A stretch of 62,332 nucleotides of DNA, filler included, from Nemertoderma westbladi (taxonomy: Eukaryota; Animalia; Xenacoelomorpha), in NCBI GenBank assembly GCA_032718475.1. It is 3 parts of 3 records of this genome, joined end to end, with 100 filler letters (N's around TTAATTAATTAA, not from the genome) between each part and the next. Parts side by side here need not be neighbours in the genome. Positions count along the whole stretch, not along the records: positions 15,877 to 34,163 come from JAUCBJ010006380.1; positions 34,264 to 62,332 come from JAUCBJ010002702.1; 1 more part is not named here. One strand, 5' to 3'. Below the pieces are notes generated by a model, which was given only the letters and a program-made list of their open reading frames with translations, was not told the origin of the DNA and made no database searches. This document shows, one piece after another, positions 23,701 through 34,415 of the stretch; position 1 is the stretch's first letter; each line of letters begins with the position of its first letter. The position numbers and the translations under genes are program-made.

Positions 23701-26700
23701 TCGCAGTTGACAATTTATTTAAAATTATCCTGTTTAAAAAATTATTGTTTTCAATAAATTAACCCATTAAGATTAGATTCTTCTGTGAATTCTAATTAAA
23801 CGCGATATAGTAGACTGACAATAAAGTATTCAATTAGGCATTAATAACATTATTGTCACGTTTAACACGTTTGTTTTTTGCAATATAAAGGCTTCCCGAA
23901 GCCAACCGACCTGTAAGGTTTTATTATTATCCACGGCTTGTTGTAACAAAGCTTTATGGTTTTCTAGTTGCGCCGCCGCAGTGTTACAATACTCGTGAAG
24001 TTTACTTGACTCTTTCTCGCTGTCTGTGTGTCTCTGTTCTGATTGGATAAGCCGTTGGTCTAAGTCGTCCACATGGGTCATCGATTGCCTAAAATATAAT
24101 AATAAAAAACCATTTGGATGTAAAAACTGGATTTAACACTCGCATTACAGGAACTGTTATGTTAACAACATTGCTTAAATAAATTAACGAGCTTACACGA
24201 TTACTTAAGCAGAAAAACTAACCGAAATTCCGTTTCCAGTTTGGTGTATTCAGTTTTCATACGTAACAAGTCCTGTTGCCTTGACGTTAGGGCTTCGTTC
24301 AGTGACGTCATTTGTGAGGTATGTTCTAGAACCTGAAAACAATGTAAAAAATAAAATACATTTAAATTAATTAATAATTTGTCATATTTAGCTGGTTAAC
24401 TCACGGATTGGGATTCAGCCCACTCGATTTTGTTTAAAACCGTTTGAAGCCGGCTTTTAGCCAAACTGCTTTCGCCTTAACTATTTAGGAAAAACGGAAG
24501 CCGAAATCTAGGAATCCGGCTCTATTTAGTTTGAGTTGATTATTGTGAGTAGATGATATAGGTGTGGGTGTGGGGGGGGGGGGTGGCCTTCGAGCAAAAT
24601 TCAACCCTCTACAGGGGAAATAACAGCTGATTACTCCCTCAAATAACACTGTAACCTGTTCTATGAGTTTCGTTTATTGTGTCCAGTCCCCCCCTGTATC
24701 AACATAAAATAATATATGGAATACGTTTAAATTTTAATCTTAAATTGAAACATTCGAAACTGAAAGTAAATACAGTTGTGTAAGCGAGTAATTAACTTAC
24801 CTTGTTATTACTATCAGATAGTTCTCCCTTTAGTTTCTCTATGGTGCCCTTGAGTTGGGTATTAACGAAGCCTTCTCTCTCCTTACCGTCGCCTTTCTCA
24901 GTGACCGTGTGTTCCAGGTCTACTATCTGTTTCTTTAGAGACTCGTTCTGCTGTTGCGAGGCGACCAGTTGTTCCTCGAGTATGGAACAACGTTCCACAG
25001 CCAGACGGAGCTTCTCTCGCACTTTCTCGTCGAGAGCTGTAAAATTGTCATTGAATTCATCACGCTGGTTGTTGATTCATTAATTAAATCGTTCAGGCAA
25101 AATTAGCGCCTAACAGACAGATCGGAATATTATTAGACTAGATAAGGAAGTAAAAGCAAACAGTCGGCCGAGGCCGTAGGCTCCTCTTTCGATAGCTGCT
25201 ACCCGAGGGTAGAGGTGGGCGCTAGGCGCTACTCCTATCTGCTACCCGAGGGTAGGGGGTGGGCGCTACTCCTATCTGCTACCCGAAGGTAGGGGTGGGC
25301 GCTACTCCTATCTGTTACCCGAAGGTAGGGGTGGGCGCTACTCCTATCTGCTACCCGAAGGTAGGGATGGGCGCTACTCCTATCTGCTACCCGAAGGTAG
25401 GGATGGGCGCTACTCCTATCTGCTACCCGAAGGTAGGGGTGGGCGCTACTCCTATCTGCTACCCGAGGGTAGGGGTGGGCGCTACTCCTATCTGCTACCC
25501 GAGGGTAGGGGTAGGCGCTACTCCTATCTGCTACCCGAAGGTAGGGGTGGGCGCTACTCCGATCTGCTACCCGAAGATAGAGGTGGGCGCTACTCCTATC
25601 TGCTACCCGAAGGTAGGGGTGGGCGCTACTCCTATCTGCTACCCGAAGGTAGGGGTGGGCGCTACTCCTATCTGCTACCCGAAGGTAGGGGTGGGCGCCA
25701 CTCCTATCTGCTACCCGAAGGTAGGGGTGGGCGCTACTCCTATCTGCTACTCGAGGGTTGGGGTGGGCGCTACTCCTATCTGCTACCCGAAGGTAGGGGT
25801 GGGCGCTACTCCTATCTGCTACCCGAAGGTAGAGGTGGGCGCTACTCCTATCTGCTACCCGAAGGTAGGGGTGGGCGCTACTCCTATCTGCTACCCGAAG
25901 GTAGGGGTGGGCGCTACTCCTATCTGCTACCCGAAGGTAGGGGTGGGCGCTACTCCTATCTGCTACCCGAAGGTAGGGGTGGGCGCTACTCCTATCTGCT
26001 ACCCGAAGGTAGGGGTGGGCGCTACTCCTATCTGCTACCCGAAGGTAGGGGTGGGCGCTACTCCTATCTGCTACCCGAAGGTAGGGTGGGCGCTACTCCT
26101 ATCTGCTACCCGAAGGTAGGGTGGGCGCTACTCCTATCTGCTACCCGAAGGTAGAGGTGGGCGCTACTCCTATCTGCTACCCGAAGGTAGGGATGGGCGC
26201 TACTCCTATCTGCTACCCGAAGGTAGGGGTGGGCGCTACTCCTATCTGCTACCCGAAGGTAGGGGTGGACGCTACTCCTATCTGCTACCCGAAAGTAGGG
26301 ATGGACGCTACTCCTATCTGCTACACGAAGGTAGGGATGGGCGCTACTCCTATCTGCTACCCGAAGGTAGGGGTGGACGCTACTCCTATCTGCTACCCGA
26401 AAGTAGGGATGGGCGCTACTCCTATCTGCTATCCGAAGGTAGAGGTGGGTGCTACTCCTATCTGCTACCCGAAGGTAGGGATGGGCGCTACTCCTATCTG
26501 CTACCCGAAGGTAGGGGTGGACGCTACTCCTATCTGCTACCCGAAAGTAGGGATGGGCGCTACTCCTATCTGCTATCCGAAGGTAGGGGTGGGCAATACT
26601 CCTATCTGGTATCCGAAGGTACGGGTGGGCGCTACTCCTATCTGGTATCCGAGGGTAGGGGTGGGCGCTACTCCTATCTGCTACCCGAAGGTAGGGGTGG

Positions 26701-29700
26701 GTGCTACTCCTATCTGCTACCCGAAGGTAGGGGTGGGCGCTACTCCTATCTGCTACCCGAGGGTAGGGGTGGGCGCTACTCCTATCGGCTACCCGAGGGT
26801 AGGGGTGGGCGCTACTCCTATCTGCTACCCGAGGGTAGGGGTGGGCGCTACTCCTATCTGCTACCCGAAGGTAGGGGTGGACGCTACTCCTATCTGCTAC
26901 CCGAAAGCAGGAATGGGCGCTACTCCTATCTGCTACCCGAAGGTAGGGGTGGACGCTACTCCTATCTGCTACCCGAAGGTAGAGGTGGGTGCTACTCCTA
27001 TCTGCTACCCGAAGGTAGGGATGGGCGCTACTCCTATCTGCTACCCGAAGGTAGGGGTGGACGCTATTCCTATCTGCTACCCGAAAGTAGGGATGGGCGC
27101 TACTCCTATCTGCTATCCGAAGGTAGGGGTGGGCAATACTCCTATCTGGTATCCGAAGGTACGGGTGGGCGCTACTCCTATCTGGTATCCGAGGGTAGGG
27201 GTGGGCGCTACTCCTATCTGCTACCCGAAGGTAGGGGTGGGTGCTACTCCTATCTGCTACCCGAAGGTAGGGGTGGGCGCTACTCCTATCTGCTACCCGA
27301 AGGTAGGGGTGGCCGCTACTCCTATCTGCTACCCGAGGGTAGGGGTGGGCGCTACTCCTATCTGCTACCCGAAGGTAGGGATGGGCGCTACTCCTATCGG
27401 CTACCCGAGGGTAGGGGTGGGCGCTACTCCTATCTGCTACCCGAAGGTAGGGATGGGCGCTACTCCTATCGGCTACCCGAGGGTAGGGGTGGGCGCTACT
27501 CCTATCTGCTACCCGAGGGTAGGGGTGGGCGCTACTCCTATCGGCTACCCGAGGGTAGGGGTGGGCGCTACTCCTATCTGCTACCCGAGGGTAGGGGGTG
27601 GGCGCTACTCCTATCTGCTACCCGAGGGTAGGGGTGGGCGCTACTCCTATCTGCTACCCGAAGGTAGGGATGGGCGCTACTCCTATCGGCTACCCGAGGG
27701 TAGGGGTGGGCGCTACTCCTATCTGCTACCCGAGGGTAGGGGTGGGCGCTACTCCTATCGGCTACCCGAGGGTAGGGGTGGGCGCTACTCCTATCTGCTA
27801 CCCGAGGGTAGGGGGTGGGCGCTACTCCTATCTGCTACCCGAAGGTAGGGGTGGGCGCTACTCCTATCTACTACCCGAAGGTTGGGGTGGGCGCTACTCC
27901 TATCTACTACCCGATGGTAGGGGTGGGCGCTACTCCTATCTGCTACCCGAGGGTAGGGGGTGGGCGCTAGTCCTATCTGCTACCCGAAGGTAGGAGTGGG
28001 CGCTACTCCTATCTACTACCCGAGGGTAGGGGTGGGCGCTACTCCTATCTGCTACCCGAGGGTAGGGGTGGGCGCTACTCCTATCGGCTTCCCGAGGGTA
28101 GGGGTGGGCGCTACTCCTATCTGCTACCCGAAGGTAGGGGTGGTTGCTATTCCTATCTGCTACACGAAGGTAGGGGTGGGCGCTACTCCTATCTGCTACC
28201 CGAAGGTAGGGGTGGGCGCTACTCCTATCTGCTACCCGAGGGTAGGGGTGGGCGCTACTCCTATCTGCTACCCGAAGGTAGGGATGGGCGCTACTCCTAT
28301 CGGCTACCCGAGGGTAGGGGTGGGCGCTACTCCTATCTGCTACCCGAGGGTAGGGGTGGGCGCTACTTCTATCGGCTACCCGAGGGTAGGGGTGGGCGCT
28401 ACTCCTATCTGCTACCCGAGGGTAGGGGGTGGGCGCTACTCCTATCTGCTACCCGAAGGTAGGGGTGGGCGCTACTCCTGTCTACTACCCGAAGGTTGGG
28501 GTGGGCGCTACTCCTATCTACTACCCGATGGTAGGGGTGGGCGCTACTCCTATCTGCTACCCGAGGGTAGGGGGTGGGCGCTAGTCCTATCTGCTACCCG
28601 AAGGTAGGAGTGGGCGCTACTCCTATCTACTACCCGAAGGTTGGGGTGGGCGCTACTCCTATCTACTACCCGATGGTAGGGGTGGGCGCTACTCCTATCT
28701 GCTACCCGAGGGTAGGGGGTGGGCGCTAGTCCTATCTGCTACACGAAGGTAGGGATGGGCGCTACTCCTATCTGCTACCCGAAGGCAGGGGTGGGTGCTA
28801 CTCCTATCTGCTACCCGAAGGTAAGGGTGGGCGCTACTCCTATCTACTACCCGAAGGTTGGGGTGGGCGCTACTCCTATCTGCTACCCGAGGGTAGGGGT
28901 GGGCGCTACTCCTATCTGCTACCCGAGGGTAGGGGTGGGCGCTACTCCTATCTGCTACACGAAGGTAGGGATGGGCGCTACTCCTATCTGCTACCCGAAG
29001 GCAGGGGTGGGTGCTACTCCTATCTGCTACCCGAAGGCAGGGGTGGGTGCTACTCCTATCTGCTACCCGAAGGTAGGGGTGGGCGCTACTCCTATCTGCT
29101 ACCCGAGGGTAGGAGTGGGCGCTACTCCTATCTGCTACCCGAGGGTAGGGGTGGGCGCTACTCCTATCTGCTACCCGAAGGTAGGGGTGGCCGCTACTCC
29201 AATCCCAAACTCCCAGTAATTCAACTGGTACTCATTTTATCGACCCCAGCGGATGAAAGGCTCAGTGACCTTGGCGGGGCTCGAACCTACAACCAACAAA
29301 TTGTAAGGCCGGCGCTCAACCAATCATTTGAGCTACCCTGCCTAGACAGGGAGAAAAATCAAAAAGACATGTCGAAATCATAAAATAAATGTACCTAAGC
29401 TGTATAAAGCACCCCTAACTACGTGGCTCGACCCATACATAACGGTCCCATCCATTTCCAAACTCCTTATATTTTCGCCGTAAACACTACAGTATAATAA
29501 ATAAATCACTTGTTGACATCCACGCCTACCTTTATGATGCTCAAACAATGATTTGAGAGCTTTGAGGACCTCTACTTCGGAGCTGACCCCTGCTGGGGAC
29601 TGGGACTGCCGCTTTACCACAGTGAGTCGGAGAGAGCGTTCGTGCCGCGAGACCAAACACTCCAGATGCTCCAACAGTAACCGCGTGTTACTGCGCTCGG

Positions 29701-30316
29701 CCTTGAGCTCGGATATCTCCTCGTCTCTCTCCATCACTGTTTCTCTAAGGTCACTGAACTCTTTACTCAGCATTAAAGCTTCGGTGTCCTGAGGTAAGCT
29801 AGATTCGATTTGCCTCTGTGTAAAAAATTAAATTATAAAGAAAATCAAATTACTAAATTCCGTAAAATAAGTAGACCAAAGTAGGAAAAAAAACTTATCC
29901 AGTAAAGATAAAGTTTTTTTAAAGCTATAAAAATGTGCGGTAAATGAAAATCAAGCTTCTGCAAGCTTTAGGTATCACAGCCGTATTGCACGCAGTTGCC
30001 CAGTAAAACCCTAAATGAAAAATAACCTAAACAGAATACATAATAAAAGTTTTGGTTTACCGGTACTAAATATTATTATAAAATAATTATTTTTAGGCGT
30101 CAATGATCTGCCAACAATACACATTATTAATTACTAACCAATAGTTTATCTCTGTCCTTCATCACCTCACTCAGTTGCTGTTCTCTGTGAACCAAGGTCT
30201 CCTGCGACTCCCGCAAGGTCTCCACTAGTTTGTCCCTCTCGTCCAGCATATTTACCATCAACTGCTCGATGTTCTCATTGTCGCCACCCCCGACACAGCT
30301 CGCCAGGTCATAGCCC
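16951..30316 (-). CDS. PPFIA: Liprin-alpha, multi-exon and partial. Exons: 30316-30139, 29815-29530, 25036-24801, 24332-24223, 24088-23911, 22720-22580, 22315-22160, 20037-19868, 19623-19472, 19098-18860, 18756-18178, 17708-16951
   Basis: Diagnostic peptides [110 protein letters not shown] (SAM1), [11 protein letters not shown] (SAM2); all listed introns are GT-AG with matching phases. Confidence 0.93.
17770..18100 (-). mobile_element. Decayed 3' fragment of an RTE-like LINE in a liprin intron
   Basis: [24 protein letters not shown] resembles RRLRFSGHCWRSKDEVISDLLFWQ of ORF 34427-34918. Confidence 0.6.
18178..18756 (-). CDS. PPFIA: Liprin-alpha exon ([17 protein letters not shown] + linker)
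   Basis: CAG|GAA acceptor, CAG|GTAGGT donor. Confidence 0.88.
18860..19098 (-). CDS. PPFIA: Liprin-alpha exon ([14 protein letters not shown]...[15 protein letters not shown])
   Basis: Conserved peptide; phase-1 acceptor; CAG|GTGAGT donor. Confidence 0.9.
19472..19623 (-). CDS. PPFIA: Liprin-alpha exon (poorly conserved linker)
   Basis: Phase 2 to phase 1 exon that bridges its neighbours; G|GTGAGT donor. Confidence 0.7.
19868..20037 (-). CDS. PPFIA: Liprin-alpha exon ([10 protein letters not shown])
   Basis: Conserved peptide, GT-AG boundaries. Confidence 0.9.
20621..22160 (-). repeat. 52-bp tandem array (~29-30 units), each containing AAG|GTAAGT
   Basis: Unit GTAAGTGCTACCAACGTGCAGACTGTCGGAAACCCGACATTCAACACTAAAG; starts at the donor of exon 22315-22160. 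Confidence 0.95.
22160..22315 (-). CDS. PPFIA: Liprin-alpha exon ([11 protein letters not shown]...[11 protein letters not shown])
   Basis: Conserved peptide, GT-AG boundaries. Confidence 0.92.
22580..22720 (-). CDS. PPFIA: Liprin-alpha exon ([10 protein letters not shown]...LPEVEAEL)
   Basis: Translated by hand (absent from ORF track); CAG|GTGAGT donor. Confidence 0.9.
23911..24088 (-). CDS. PPFIA: Liprin-alpha coiled-coil exon
   Basis: Phase-consistent; ORF 23830-24081. Confidence 0.8.
24223..24332 (-). CDS. PPFIA: Liprin-alpha coiled-coil exon ([15 protein letters not shown]...)
   Basis: Open frame; CAG acceptor; CG|GTTAGT donor; phases fit both neighbours. Confidence 0.78.
24801..25036 (-). 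CDS. PPFIA: Liprin-alpha exon ([16 protein letters not shown])
   Basis: Conserved peptide; AAG|GTAAGT donor. Confidence 0.92.
25140..29342 (-). mobile_element. tRNA-derived SINE with internal minisatellite expansion
   Basis: Head GGGTAGCTCAAATGATTGG (A box) and GGTTCGAGCC (B box); core GAGCCTTTCATCCGCTGGGGTCGATAAAATGAGTACCAG; pyrimidine-rich tail near 25140-25190. Confidence 0.7.
25195..29200 (+). repeat. 33-bp minisatellite, ~120 units
   Basis: Unit GGGCGCTACTCCTATCTGCTACCCGA(A/G)GGTAGGGGT; 11-aa periodicity in the ORF track. Confidence 0.97.
29530..29815 (-). CDS. PPFIA: Liprin-alpha exon ([17 protein letters not shown]...EHHK)
   Basis: Highly conserved peptide; GT-AG. Confidence 0.95.
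30139..30316 (-). CDS. PPFIA: Liprin-alpha exon ([14 protein letters not shown])
   Basis: Conserved N-terminal peptide; TTG|GTTAGT donor. Confidence 0.9.
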
Positions 30317-30439
30317 CTGATAAATTCAAAATAATTCGTGAACATATACAACACACACAAGGACACATGGGCCTGTAAAATTTCCCAAAACCACCTTCTT
30401 TTAAAAAGTATAGAAAATTAAATACAATTATTATTAAAC

Positions 30440-30493
30440 CAATATTTGAATATCCGACCGGCGGAGACTGCAGTTTGCACTACTTCGGTCATG
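30440..30493 (-). CDS. Tentative first coding exon of liprin-alpha (MTEVVQTAVS...)
   Basis: Weak resemblance to the MCEVMPTIS start, in a GC-richer patch; no strong phase-2 donor found. Confidence 0.3.
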
Positions 30494-30867
30494 TTCGCTC
30501 TGCCTCCGTGGGGGTCGGAGGTCTTGGCGAGGTCTCGGTTTCGGTGACGGGACCGGGATCTGGGGTGGTTAAGGGAGGGGTAAAGGGGGAAAGGGGAAGT
30601 AAAAACTATTACTATAACAAAATAAAGTGCGCTCAATTACTTTACTCACCCCACATTGTTTGTACATTTAGTTATTTAAAATATCATCATTTATATAATG
30701 TTTGGATGATATTTGAATATCACATAAGGTTTTTGAACCACGATACATTGATCTGATGCTGTACATGTAATATGAACACGTACTACCACTAACATGTAAT
30801 ATAGTATCATTTTCTGATGACAGGTAAGTGTTCTTCCCTGGCTCCAAGGAACTAATGTTAAGTTCTC

Positions 30868-31591
30868 TAAAATGCTACGAAATTTGGTATAATGATAGAT
30901 CGACACCTTTTCTTACTGGTGGCCTGGCCGGATTTTTCAATTTCTCATTTATTTCCATACAACAAGCCCTTAAAAAATGTACATTTAGTTATGTTTAACC
31001 ACCTCCATAGACTTTATTTTTCGTCTTTGAAATGTAATCTAGATATCATTCGAAGCGCCTTCGTCTGTAGATTCCGAATCTGAAAACCGTTTTAAATTTA
31101 ACCAAAAATTGGTAAAGATATTATCAAAATACTAATGGGTAAATTTAGGGACGTAAATTGCTATAATTCTGATGTTTTGTTGTCTTTATTCTAGAATATT
31201 AATTACTATGTAGCCGAACGTTTAAAACTCTCCATCTTGTCTTTTCATTACCCATAATTAATATTCTAGAATTGAGTAAATAAAACATTAGAATTATAGC
31301 GATTTACGTCACAAAATTTACTCCTTAGTATTTTGATAATATCTCCGGAAGTTATTGGTGAAATTTACAACGGGTTTCAGATTCGGAATCTGCAGATGAA
31401 GGCGGATCTAATGATATCTAGATCTCATTCCAAAGACGAAAAATAAAGCCGACTGAGGTGGCTAAATATTGCGAAATAGACGATTTTTAACGGCTTGTTG
31501 TATCGAAATAGCTCATAAATTAAAAAATCCGGCCAGGCCACCAGTAAGAAAAGGTGTCGATCTATCATCATACCAAATTTCGTAGCATTTT
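30868..31591. mobile_element. Long imperfect palindrome (MITE/foldback-like)
   Basis: 30868-30940 is nearly the exact reverse complement of 31520-31591; arms stay alignable inward to ~31205/31255. Confidence 0.8.
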
Positions 31592-34163
31592 ATTGAAATT
31601 TGAAAAAAATTAGGGGGGGGGGGGGGGCTCCGACCCCCTAAAAATGGTTGTTGTATTAAGGGTTATGGTGTACATACATTTAGATTTCTTCTTATCGGAA
31701 GTCGAGTTATTAGAGGCGTAACTAACAGCAACATCTATTAACTTTTGTAACCCGTTAATAAATAAGTAACTCAATACTCTGGAACAATTTGTTCATGTAT
31801 GATTAGCTATGCAATATAGATATCGTATAGGTATTTATATTATTTATATTCATATTAATTTTTTTTAGTAAAATATTAAATAAATCAGAATAAATAAAAT
31901 GTTCTACTGTAGTTGAAGAACAAACTTTATATAAACATTTATATATAAATAACATATATAGTATGGTGTCGTATAAAACATTTGGGAGGGGTGTACCGGT
32001 ACCCAAAACACAGTAGTACCATGCTATGCTACCCTTATTTTGGCATAATCACGTTGTTATTATTATTATATTATTTGGGTGGAGACACCGCTGTCATGGA
32101 AGCGTATAAATAAAATTGCACATAAGAAAATAAAACAGGAGAAAGTGGAACAGAGAATAAAACAAAACGACTTATCCTATGGCACACTATGTTGTGTTGT
32201 GATTGTGAAAATCTTTCCGACCTAGCATGATATAACAATAATATAACATTATTCCTGTCAATAAAGTGGCTGTGAGTAACTATATAGGTAAAAACGTTGT
32301 CATTTATGAAATTTGCAACTAATAAAAACAATAGCACAATTTTCTTTAAAAAAAATGAGTAGCTAAGCTACAGTACCATTCAATTATAGGTTAACGGACC
32401 GTAAAGAACACTTATTAAAGGTGTTTTACCTTTAATTACGGTACTGTATCCACAGTACCAATGGCTCACATATCAACAATATAATATCATGATATTAATA
32501 CATATTAATTATATGTTTTTAAATAGCTAAAATTCGGTGCGGTACAACTTTGCTCTAGTGTTTTCTTACTAGCTAGTATTTTTTTTAAATTTAAAAAAAT
32601 TTAAATTTTTGTTGTTGGTAAGTATTCTAGAACATTAGTAGATAACATTAAAGATATGTTTTTTTATGGTAGCTAGTGTTTTCTTAAAAGCTAGTATTTT
32701 TTGAAATTTAAAATAATTTAAATATTTGTTGTTGGTAAGTGTTCTAGAACATTAGTAGATAGATATTATTCATTAAGGTAGCTAATGTTTTTTTTTTATA
32801 TTAGGCCTAGCTAGTATATTCTGAAATTATAAAAAAATGAAAAAATAATATTTCAGAATTAAACTGTTGCAAAATATTAATGACCAAAAATATTGATTAT
32901 ATTATAACAGTTTACAGCGAACATTAGTTTTTTGATTTTTTTTAACATCGTGTGGCGGTAAAGGTCGAGCTTTCTGAATCTAAATTCAGGAAAGTGTCCC
33001 TGAATGCGATCCAGCTATTATTCTAGGATAATTATTATTTAGGCTAGTTAACCTAGCAACAATAGAGGCTTGTTGCCCAACCAACTACACCTATACATAC
33101 GCAACATTAAAAATAATCAGTTTTAAACATTTTATATACGTAGCAAATAAACAAGAACTAAACTAAGATAATTTTCCTAAACGGAGACTAACGACCTTTA
33201 TAACTGTGCAAAGTCTCGAAACTGTGAGAGTAATTGCTTATTTATGGCAGATGGATACTCGTATCCACTGTAAACTCGTTGCGTTCGTTCGCTTTTTACC
33301 AAACTTCCGATTCTTTCTAAACTTTTGCCGGACTACATACGTACCAAGTTTCGTTTAATTTCATCAAGGAATAACCGAGTTATTAGCGATCAAAAATTTA
33401 CGACGACAGACGACGACGACAGACACCTCCTTAATGGCACCCATATGCTAAGGCTTCGATCACTTCGTGGCTCGCCCCACATTCAATAGCTTCATAAAAA
33501 CACTAGCTACCATAACTAATAATGTTAACAAAAAAAAGTAAAATTTTTTTATTTTCAAAAAACATCAGCAAGTGAAAAAACACTAGTTTCCATAAAAAAT
33601 ATCAACTACGGTTCTAGAACATTCACTCAAAAACGTAAAAAATCAATGGTGAAGAAAATTGACAGGGGGTGTCGACAGGGCGAAGTAGTACCTACAATTC
33701 CAGAATAATTTAGGACAGGACCTATGTATTTGTTAATGTAATATTTAATGTATCAGATAAAATGAAGAGAAAAGTATATACCATCCCACTACCGATAATT
33801 AGTTTGCAATGCTTGAAATTTCTTTGCGCACAGGGCTAATATTTATAAAACTTAGATGCCGTATATACCGGTAGTTATAAATATTTAAATAGATTAGTTG
33901 TCTGCACTTGTAATATAAATAGGCCTACACGAATGAAAAATGTATTATAATTTTTACGTACAATGTTTCAGCTTCACTGTATGATGTAGGTGTACCGTAG
34001 AACTAATGAAAGTCACCAACTTAAGTTGCAGATTTTACTCAACAAATTATTTACACACCAAATTATATACCTTTTTGCACCAAATAAACTCAGTTTCCAT
34101 CAAAAACGGCTCACTTTACCACCAAATGTTAGAAGGTCTGTCTATGGCCCAGGTATCGGGTCA

Positions 34164-34263
34164 NNNNNNNNNNNNNNNNNNNNNNNNNNNNNNNNNNNNN
34201 NNNNNNNTTAATTAATTAANNNNNNNNNNNNNNNNNNNNNNNNNNNNNNNNNNNNNNNNNNNN
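34164..34263. other. Assembly gap with TTAATTAATTAA linker
   Basis: Same structure as the first gap. Confidence 0.97.
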
Positions 34264-34286
34264 TTGAGATTGGGGACGTCTATTTA

Positions 34287-34372
34287 CACCAAAAACACAC
34301 AAAAACGCACAAAACACACAAAAATTCACAAAAACACACAAAAACATACAAAAACACACAAAAACATACGGC
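34287..34372 (+). repeat. CA-rich low-complexity repeat (CAAAAACACA)n
   Basis: Seen directly. Confidence 0.85.
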
Positions 34373-34415
34373 ACATAAATGAAATGCCTGCAAACCTGAA
34401 TCTGAACGATAATTA

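Noticed and set aside
25259-29219. Long ORFs of ([12 protein letters not shown])n
   Set aside because: By-product of a stop-free 33-bp minisatellite, with frameshifting indels; antisense within an intron
29270-29342. Possible tRNA gene
   Set aside because: Has A/B boxes but no convincing cloverleaf and continues into a SINE core
32560-33660. Short direct and inverted repeats, possible Helitron/MITE remnant (also 23040-23760)
   Set aside because: Repeat-like, but ends and family could not be defined by eye
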